Assembly (NCBI GenBank): GCA_963806225.1
Contig: CAWDXG010000001.1
Span: 224,001 to 288,000 of the forward strand
Direction of reading: 5' to 3'
DNA: 64,000 nucleotides
DNA from: an uncultured delta proteobacterium
GTDB lineage: Bacteria; Myxococcota_A; Polyangia; Polyangiales; Polyangiaceae
Shown in pieces: positions 53,021 through 64,000 of the stretch. The translations under genes were made by a program, and so were the position numbers. How positions within the stretch are numbered: the stretch's first letter is position 1; every line of letters begins with the position of its first letter. Below the pieces are notes generated by a model, which saw nothing but the letters and a program-made list of their open reading frames with translations, did not search any database and was not told the DNA's origin.

Positions 53021-53470
53021 ATGAGCAGTGCCGGGGGTGTGAACTTCGACTTCGACCGCACCTTCCTGGTGCAGATGGTCCTGTTCATGGGCCTGATCAT
53101 GGTGCTGAAGCCGCTTCTGTTCGATCCGGTGCTCAAGATCTTCGAGCAGCGGGAGCTCAGGACCGACGGCGCCAAGGCCGAGGCCCGGCGCATGCAGGAA
53201 GAGGCGGGTGACCTGCTGCGCCGCTACGAGCTGGAGCTCGAGCGCATCAACCAGGTGGCCGCCGAGGAGCGGGAGCGCCTGCGCGCCGAGACAGCGCGGC
53301 TGGAAGCCGAGATTCTGGGCGAGGCCCGGGAGCTGACCGCCCAGATCGTCGAGAAAGGCCGCGAGCAAATCGACAAGGAAGTCGGCTCGATCCGCCTCGA
53401 CCTCGCCAAGCAGTCGGAGCGCATCGCCAGCGAGCTGGCGACCCGCGTCCTCGGCCGGGAGATCAGCTGA
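53021..53470 (+). CDS. ATP synthase F0 subunit b'
   Basis: DRTFLVQMVLFMGLIMVLKPLLFDPVLKIFEQRE then coiled coil; first gene of the atp cluster; start could be as early as 52955. Confidence 0.85.
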   Translation: MSSAGGVNFDFDRTFLVQMVLFMGLIMVLKPLLFDPVLKIFEQRELRTDGAKAEARRMQEEAGDLLRRYELELERINQVAAEERERLRAETARLEAEILGEARELTAQIVEKGREQIDKEVGSIRLDLAKQSERIASELATRVLGREIS

Positions 53471-54231
53471 TGCGCCGCTCCGCGTTGACCGTCGCCCTGG
53501 CGATCCTGTCGTTCGTCGGACTCGTGCTGGCGGCCGCGCCGCGCGCGCTCGCCGCCCAGCCCGCCGAGGTTCCCGCCACTTCCGAACAGCCTGCTGCCGC
53601 GGAGCACCCCGGAGCGGATGCGCCCCAAGAGCACGCCGAGAAGTCCGAGGGCATCAACTGGTACTACGGCTTCATTGCTGAGAAGGAAGGCGCCAAGCCG
53701 AGCCTCTTGTGGCGCCCCAAGGGTATGGAGCCGCCGCTGTTCGCGGAGGTCTTCGACGCCCTGATCCTCGTACTGGCTCGTTTTCAAGATCGCGCAGAAA
53801 GCCCCTGGCCGACGCGCTGAAGAAGCGCAAGTCCGCAATCATGCATGGCATGCAGGAGGCGGCGAAGATGCGTGACGACGCTGCCCTGCGCCTGGCCGGG
53901 TACGAGGAAAAGCTCAAGCACGTCGACGACGAGATCGAACGCGTCAAGCAGGAGATGCGCGAGGCCGGCGAACGCGAACGCGAACGCATCCTGGCGGAGG
54001 CGAAGGACAAGCGCGAGCGCATGGAGCACGACGCGCGCTTGCTGATCGACCAGGAGCTCAAGGCGGCGCGCGAAATGCTGCTGCGCGAGACCGTGCGCGG
54101 CGCGGTGCGCTCGGCGGCCAGGATATGCTGGCCAAGCAGGTCACCTCCGCCGACCAGCAGCGGTCTCGCCGACGACTACATCGACGGCGTCAAGCAGCGC
54201 CGGGATCAACGCTCCAGGAGGTCAAGCGTGA
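53470..54231 (+). CDS. atpF: ATP synthase F0 subunit b with N-terminal extension (apparent indels near 53780 and 54120-54200)
   Basis: RKPLADALKKRKSAI...coiled coil...DQELKAARE; TGA at 54229-54231 overlaps the atpH GTG. Confidence 0.75.
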
Positions 54232-54769
54232 TCGACTCCGCCGTCGCCGAGCGCTACGGGCGCGCCATCTTCGAGCTGGGCGTCGAGACGAACCAGCAGG
54301 CGCCGCTCACCGCGCAGATCCAGAAGTTTGCCGAGTTGTACGCGGGGAGCCCCGAGCTAAGAGCATGCTCGACAATCCGCTCGTCGAGGAATCCAAGCGC
54401 GAGGCAGTGCTCAAGGACCTGGCGGCGAGGCTCGGGCTCGGTGAGCTCGCGGTCAACACGCTCAGGCTGCTCGCCGAGCGCCGCCGGCTCTACGCCCTGC
54501 CCGACATCGCGCGACGCCTCGGCACGCTCGCGGACGAGAAGGCCGGCGTTGTGCGCGCCATCGTGACCAGCGCTGCCCCGCTCCCGGACAGCTACTACCA
54601 GAAGCTGTCCGCCGAGCTCGAGAAGGCGACCTCCCGCAAGATCGTGATCGAGAAGAAGCAGGACCCATCGCTGATTGCGGGTGTCGTGACCCGCATCGGC
54701 GACAACACGATCGACGGCAGCCTCAAGGGCCGTCTGGAGGAGCTCGAGCGTCAGCTCCTGCACACCTGA
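54228..54769 (+). CDS. atpH: ATP synthase F1 subunit delta (apparent indel near 54360)
   Basis: AGGAGG then [43 protein letters not shown]...IDGSLKGRL. Confidence 0.88.
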
Positions 54770-54847
54770 TCCGAACGAAACCGGGTCGTGGCCTCGGCCA
54801 CGGCTCCCACAGCCTCCCCGGGCCGACAGCCCTCCGAGAGAACCATC

Positions 54848-56529
<1,682 letters not shown>

Positions 56530-56532
56530 GCG

Positions 56533-57458
<926 letters not shown>

Positions 57459-57468
57459 GCGACAACGC

Positions 57469-58233
57469 ATGGCCTCCCGCAAGAAGAAGGCGTCGCGCAA
57501 GAGGCGCAAGAACCAACGGCAGAAGAGCGTGCGGGCCAAGCAGCACGGCCTGCCGGCGCGCGAGGTCGAACGGCCGTCGCGACCCGTGTCCGACGACGAG
57601 CACGACAGCGAACCCGGGAGCGAGAAGCCCGTCGCGAAGAAGAAGGCGGCGGCCAAGCGCAAGAAGGCGCGCGCCCGTCCGAGGGAAGAGCGCGACAGCG
57701 AGCCCGAGTCCGAGCCGGAACCAGTGCCCGCGGCGGGCATCGGCGCGACCCTGGCGGCGCTACCGCTCTCGGCGAAGGTTGGCGCGGCGGCCGTGCTGGT
57801 TGGCATCATCATCTTCGCCGTGATGCGCATGCGCCAGCCGCAGGCATCCGCTCCGGCCGCCAGCGCCGAGCCGGAAACCCCGGTCACCGTCGCGGCAGGT
57901 GCACCGGATGCCGCGACGGCGCCGGTCGAAGCTTCCGCCTCCGCGCCGGTTGAAGCTTCCGCCTCTGCGCCCGCCGAGGAGAAGTCGGCAGCGCCCCCCG
58001 CGCCGAAGCCCCCCGCGCCGAAGCCTCCCGCGCCGAAGCCTCCGCCGCGCCGACCTGCGCCGAAGGTCCCGGCGCCGAAGCCGCCTCCGGGCTCCGAGCC
58101 GAAGCCCGCCGCGCCCGCGCCCGCGCCGAAGCCCGCCGCGCCCGCGCCCGCGTCGAAGCCCGCCGCGCCCGCGCCCGCGCCGAAGCCCGCTCCGGTGAAG
58201 CCGGCGCAGCCTTCGCCGGACAACCCGTACTGA
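57469..58233 (+). CDS. Basic N-terminus, single TM helix and Pro/Ala/Lys-rich tail, hypothetical
   Basis: MASRKKKASRKRRK, TM AAVLVGIIIFAVM, PKPPA and PKPAAPAPA repeats, ends DNPY. Confidence 0.65.
   Translation: MASRKKKASRKRRKNQRQKSVRAKQHGLPAREVERPSRPVSDDEHDSEPGSEKPVAKKKAAAKRKKARARPREERDSEPESEPEPVPAAGIGATLAALPLSAKVGAAAVLVGIIIFAVMRMRQPQASAPAASAEPETPVTVAAGAPDAATAPVEASASAPVEASASAPAEEKSAAPPAPKPPAPKPPAPKPPPRRPAPKVPAPKPPPGSEPKPAAPAPAPKPAAPAPASKPAAPAPAPKPAPVKPAQPSPDNPY
57990..58195. repeat. Tandem coding repeats (PKPPA and (P/S)KPAAPAPA units)
   Basis: Repeated CCGAAGCC... units read directly; boundaries approximate. Confidence 0.75.
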
Positions 58234-58329
58234 GTCGCCGCCGCAAACTGGCCCGCGCAGGCCGGTGGATGCGACACGGGTCTTGAACGCGCGGTCGGGG
58301 CTGCGACACTTACCGGAGGAGGCTGTCGA

Positions 58330-60166
<1,837 letters not shown>

Positions 60167-60207
60167 CGGGCTTGACAGCGCGCCGGTTGGCGGCTCATTT
60201 GGCGAAC

Positions 60208-60975
60208 ATGCGTCTCCCTGCGTCTCTGCTCACCGGAATTTTCCTGCTCGCGCCGCTGTGCAGCTGCGGCGGCGCCAAGCCGCCTCCAGCGAAGGCTCCT
60301 GATCCCGCCACTCCCGCCGCTTCTGCCAAGCAGTCCGCGTCGGCGAAGGACGCTCCGGCGAGCGATGCCGAGGAAGAAGGTGCACCGCACACGATGCCGA
60401 CGAAGTGCGCGAGAACGGGCGACGTGTGCACGCCCAGCTCGAAGTTCGTCAACAGGCTTTGCGCCGGCGACTTCCCGAACGCCACGCTGTACATGTTCTC
60501 CAAGGCTTCGCCGTGGACGCATGGCTACCTCACGCGCAAGACCAAGGCGTGGAACGCCTCGGGCGGCGCGTCCGAAAGCGGCTGGGTGGACTTCGACGAG
60601 GAGGTCGTCATCCTGCGCGAGCGCAAGCCCGACAAGAACGGCATGCAGGTCAGCGGCGCCGGCGGCGGCTACGACGCCCTGCGCTGGGACGGCGCCTGCG
60701 TCACGCTTGCCAAGGAAGAGCTCACGCTCTCGAAGCCCCCCGCACCGAAGGCCACCAAGGTCACCTTCCGGTTCCTCTCCGACCCCATGCAGCAGGCATT
60801 GCGCAAGGATGACGCCGTCACGAAGGCGTACCGGGCGCGGCGCAAATACTGCAAGGGCGCTACGATGGGCGAGGTCAGCTTGAAATGCGTCAAGGCCGAC
60901 GCCAAGCTGAGCCAGGTGGTCGTGGACTACATCCGCAACGGTGGCACGCTGCCTGTGCCGCAGAAAATCCCGTAG
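60208..60975 (+). CDS. Lipoprotein, hypothetical
   Basis: MRLPASLLTGIFLLAPLCSC lipobox, Pro/Ala linker, Cys-containing globular domain. Confidence 0.7.
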   Translation: MRLPASLLTGIFLLAPLCSCGGAKPPPAKAPDPATPAASAKQSASAKDAPASDAEEEGAPHTMPTKCARTGDVCTPSSKFVNRLCAGDFPNATLYMFSKASPWTHGYLTRKTKAWNASGGASESGWVDFDEEVVILRERKPDKNGMQVSGAGGGYDALRWDGACVTLAKEELTLSKPPAPKATKVTFRFLSDPMQQALRKDDAVTKAYRARRKYCKGATMGEVSLKCVKADAKLSQVVVDYIRNGGTLPVPQKIP

Positions 60976-61005
60976 ACCGCGGCGGACCCCAACAGGAGCA
61001 AAGCG

Positions 61006-61338
61006 ATGGCAATGTCGGAAATCGGACAGGAGCTGGCCCGCCTCGCCCTGAAGAAGCTCGGCGAGGTCGACATGAAGGAGGCGGCCGACGCCGTCAAGGC
61101 GATCGGCAAGGCGTCCACCGGCGCGGCGCTGCTGCCCGGCCTTGGCTCGTTCGGCATCGGCGTCGCCCTCGGCGTCGGCGTGACGCTGCTCGTCGCGCCC
61201 CGCTCCGGCAAGGCAACGCGCGCGCTCGTCGCGAAGAAGTTCAACGCGCTGCGCGGCAAGCTCGTCGGCGAGCCTGCGCCGGCGGAGCGCGAGCCGCACA
61301 GCGACACCATCGAGGCGCGCGGCACCGTCGTCAGCTGA
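61006..61338 (+). CDS. YtxH-like small membrane protein
   Basis: AGGAG RBS; FGIGVALGVGVTLLVAPRSGKATR matches the YtxH LL.AP.SG..TR motif. Confidence 0.7.
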   Translation: MAMSEIGQELARLALKKLGEVDMKEAADAVKAIGKASTGAALLPGLGSFGIGVALGVGVTLLVAPRSGKATRALVAKKFNALRGKLVGEPAPAEREPHSDTIEARGTVVS

Positions 61339-61528
61339 CACAACGCGCACGTCGCTGTCCCGCTCAGGTGCCCACTGCGACCAGGGCTTCTGCGTGACCG
61401 AGTACGGCGCGCCGATCATCCCGGATGCCGGAAAGGACGGGGGCGCGGACGCCGGCCCGGACGCAGCCGATGGCGGCATGAATGCCGACGCGGGTGACGC
61501 GGGCCTGTAGGGTCCGTGTGTTGCGGGT

Positions 61529-61945
61529 TCACTCCGGGTCGCCGAGCAGGCCTGCCGCTATCGCGCCGAAGCGTCGCAAGTCGTCGCGCACGGCTCGGGC
61601 GAGCAGCTCCAGGTCGATCGCCACGTAGTCGTGCACCAGGATGTCGCGCATCGCTGCGGCCTCGCCGAGCCGCTGGGCGAGAGCCTCGTCGAGCACGCCG
61701 TGGCGCGCGAGCACGAGGAACGCCGCGCGTGCCGTGTCCGGCGGCGTCCACCCGCGAGCCGCCACCAGGTGATAGGCGATGTCGATGCAGGCCTCGACGG
61801 CGACCTGGAGTCAGCGCTGCACGGCTGCCTGGAGCACGGCATCGCTCGCGAGCCGTGCAGCGTCGCCGCCGTCCGAGCGCTCCAGATGTTGCAGCGCCCC
61901 TCCCATCACGAGCACGCGCCGTGCGACGACGTCTTCATCGACCAC
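61529..61945 (-). pseudogene. DUF86/HepT-type HEPN toxin with an in-frame TGA at 61813-61811
   Basis: VVDEDVVARR...LQAAVQR*LQVAVEACIDIAYHLV...MRDILVHDY; the Rx4H motif has D where N is usual. Confidence 0.8.
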
Positions 61946-62132
61946 GCGTGGCCTCGTCCATCTTGCGGCCGGCGCGGCGCGCCGTCGAGCTCTGGCGCGT
62001 ACGCCACGGCGATGTCCACGTCGCTGTCGGGGCGGGCCGCCCGCCGGCGCGCGAGCCGAACAGGTACGCCACGTCGACGGCGGACTCTGCTTCGACCACC
62101 GCCGCCACGGTCTATGCGAGCTCGCCGGCCAT
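61942..62132 (-). pseudogene. MntA-type minimal nucleotidyltransferase antitoxin remnant
   Basis: MAGELA*TVAAVV...VAYLFGSRA, frameshift, RPDSDVDIAV; the C-terminal half appears to be missing. Confidence 0.75.
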
Positions 62133-62389
62133 GTGGCGAAGGGTAGCACGGGGTGGTGGGCCCGGGCGCGGCGGAGCCGCGCGTTTGGGACCACCCGGCG
62201 CGCGGAACGGAGCCCGGAGGGCGGAGCGAGCACGGCGGGCCGCGGAGCGACGCGGAAGTGCGGAGGGCATCCACCCAAAGCCCTCGTTCTGCGCCTCCGG
62301 CTGATCAGCGTGACGGATGGACCGCATCGGGTGCGGATGTTGTAGAGTGCGCGCCCTCCGCGGAAACATGCGCGGACCAAGGAGGCGAA

Positions 62390-63154
62390 GTGGATCCGAA
62401 AGGCAAGGTTGCGCTGGTAACGGGCGGGGCATCGGGACTCGGCAAGGCGACGGTGCAGGCGCTCGTCGCGCGCGGCGCCAAGGTGGTGGTTGTCGACAAG
62501 GCGAAGGAAGCCGGCGAGGCGCTCGCGAAAGAGCTGGGCGACGCGGCGGCCTTCGTGGAGTGCGATGTGACGGACGAGGCGGCGATGCAGAAGGCCGTGG
62601 CGCGCGCCAAGGAGCTCGGCGGGCTCGACATCGCCGTCGGCTGCGCCGGCATCGGCACCGCGGGGCGCGTGGTCGGCAAGAGCGGGCCGTTCAACCTCGG
62701 CCTCTTCGAGCTGACCATCAAGGTGAACCTCGTCGGCATGTTCAACATGGTGCGGCTGTGCGCCGAGGCGATGATCGGCAACGAGCCCGACGCGGAAGGC
62801 GAGCGCGGCGTGATCATCACCACGGCGTCGATCGCGGCCTTCGACGGGCAGATCGGCCAGTGCGCCTACAGCGCGTCGAAGGCCGGCGTGGCGGGCATGA
62901 CGCTGCCCATCGCGCGCGAGCTGTCGCGCTTCGGTGTGCGCGTGCTCACCATCGCGCCGGGGCTGTTCGACACGCCGATGATGGCGGGGCTGCCGGCGGA
63001 AGCGAAGACGGCGCTCGAAGCCAGCGTGCCCTTCCCGCCGCGTCTCGGCCGTCCGCCGGAGTACGCGAAGCTGGCGCTGGATATCGTCGAGAACACCATG
63101 CTCAACGGCGAGACCATCCGCCTCGACGGCTCGCTGCGCATGGCGCCCAAGTAG
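62390..63154 (+). CDS. SDR, 3-hydroxyacyl-CoA dehydrogenase type-2 (HSD17B10)-like
   Basis: AAGGAGG then [64 protein letters not shown]. Confidence 0.92.
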   Translation: MDPKGKVALVTGGASGLGKATVQALVARGAKVVVVDKAKEAGEALAKELGDAAAFVECDVTDEAAMQKAVARAKELGGLDIAVGCAGIGTAGRVVGKSGPFNLGLFELTIKVNLVGMFNMVRLCAEAMIGNEPDAEGERGVIITTASIAAFDGQIGQCAYSASKAGVAGMTLPIARELSRFGVRVLTIAPGLFDTPMMAGLPAEAKTALEASVPFPPRLGRPPEYAKLALDIVENTMLNGETIRLDGSLRMAPK

Positions 63155-63188
63155 CATCCCGCCCACCCACCCCCGCCGGAATCCTCCG

Positions 63189-63216
63189 CCGGGGGCTCAC
63201 CGCCCCCGGACCCCCG
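63189..63216. repeat. REP-like palindrome CCGGGGGC-TCACC-GCCCCCGG-ACCCCCG
   Basis: 8-bp perfect stem between convergent genes; resembles extragenic palindromes of high-GC bacteria; one copy in this window. Confidence 0.5.
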
Positions 63217-63293
63217 ACGCGCCTCGCTGCGCTCCGCGCGGGCTTGCTGTCGCTGCGCCGGGTTGCGCGCCTCGGCGTGGATCCTGTGTTCGC

Positions 63294-64000
63294 CTACGGC
63301 AGTGGCTGCGAGAACGTGTCCCGCACCTTGCCGGTCTCGTCGATGGTGCGGCCGGACAGGCTCGTGTCGTCGACCTTGATGATCTCGGCGAAGCGGTACG
63401 AGCCGACGGCAGTGCGCATGGAGCAGGTGGGGCGGGAGATGTTCTTGCTCGGGTCGCCGATGGCGCCGCCGCCGCCGGCGACGGTGAGGTAGGTGATGGT
63501 CTTCGAGGGGTCGCTTGTCTCGGGCACCTCGAAGTGCTCGTAGCCGTGCATGTGGCCCTGCAGCACCAGCCGGACGCCGTACTGCTCGAAGAGCGGTGTC
63601 AGAGCTGCTCGCTCGGTGTCCTTCTGCGAGGTGTCGCCGCAGGTGAGCAGCGGACGGTGCAGGAAGACCACGCTGAAGCGATAGCCCGGCTGCCCCGCCG
63701 CGTCGGCGAGCTCCTTCTTGAACCAGTCGAACTGCGTCGAGCCCGCGACGACGTCCGCCTCGGTGTCCATCGAGAAGAACCACACGCCGCCGCTCTCGAA
63801 GCGGTACCAGCCGTCGGTACCGTCGAAGCCCGCGCCGCCGAAGAAGCGCGAGTAGTACTCCTGGTACTCGTCCGGCTTCTCCATCTCGTGGTTGCCGATG
63901 CACGGCAGGAACGCTCCGTGCGACAGGATCGGCGACATCGCCGGGAACCAGTACGCCCAGGTCTCGAGCCCCGAAGCGTAGTACTGCACATCGCCGCCGT
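63294..64000 (-). CDS. Purple-acid-phosphatase-like metallophosphoesterase (5' end outside window)
   Basis: GGDVQY, IGNHE, WYRF, VVFLHRP, VLQGHMHGYEH, VAGGGG. Confidence 0.85.
   Translation of the reverse strand, partial: GGDVQYYASGLETWAYWFPAMSPILSHGAFLPCIGNHEMEKPDEYQEYYSRFFGGAGFDGTDGWYRFESGGVWFFSMDTEADVVAGSTQFDWFKKELADAAGQPGYRFSVVFLHRPLLTCGDTSQKDTERAALTPLFEQYGVRLVLQGHMHGYEHFEVPETSDPSKTITYLTVAGGGGAIGDPSKNISRPTCSMRTAVGSYRFAEIIKVDDTSLSGRTIDETGKVRDTFSQPLP

Noticed and set aside
58234..58329. glmS ribozyme upstream of glmS
   Set aside because: The gap is only about 95 nt and lacks the conserved AGCGCC...GACGAGG core.
62150..62340. Possible MITE or ncRNA between the toxin-antitoxin remnant and the SDR gene
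   Set aside because: GC-rich with short hairpins, but no terminal inverted repeats, target duplication or second copy in the window.

Overview
A very GC-rich bacterial chromosome segment, most likely from Myxococcota (Polyangiales-like). This is inferred from three MYXO-CTERM surface proteins, many Gly/Ala-linker lipoproteins, and PEGA/TPR, FHA-zinc-ribbon and GYF-type proteins. Recognisable modules, in order: (1) a DNA-repair cluster with an HTH-WYL regulator, a stand-alone Smr protein, ku and a divergent three-domain ligD, with comF, a MutT-like Nudix gene and ruvA nearby; (2) a TPR-PEGA / FG-GAP / sigma54 response regulator / FGE-sulfatase run; (3) a ~1,400-aa cysteine-rich MYXO-CTERM protein; (4) a molybdenum locus (divergent modA-like, SAM methyltransferase, two molybdenum-storage-protein subunits, modC) with no modB in the window; (5) a lipoprotein redox cluster (di-haem peroxidase plus two fibronectin-III-stalked c-type cytochromes with atypical haem sites); (6) a ClpA/C ATPase, two paralogous MYXO-CTERM proteins, folK, a partial ATP synthase operon (b', b, delta, alpha, gamma) whose alpha subunit has a ~50-aa insertion, glmS, a dead MNT/HEPN toxin-antitoxin pair, an SDR and a phosphoesterase. 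Many conserved genes (atpF/H/A/G, glmS, clp, ku, ligD) are broken by small indels that most likely are assembly errors, so their coordinates are reconstructed by eye and approximate. I saw no rRNA, tRNA, CRISPR array or transposase. The best candidates for an undescribed system are the methyltransferase-coupled Mo-storage operon, the FN3-tethered cytochrome/peroxidase cluster and the WYL-Smr-Ku-LigD module. All family calls come from motif recognition, not database searches.
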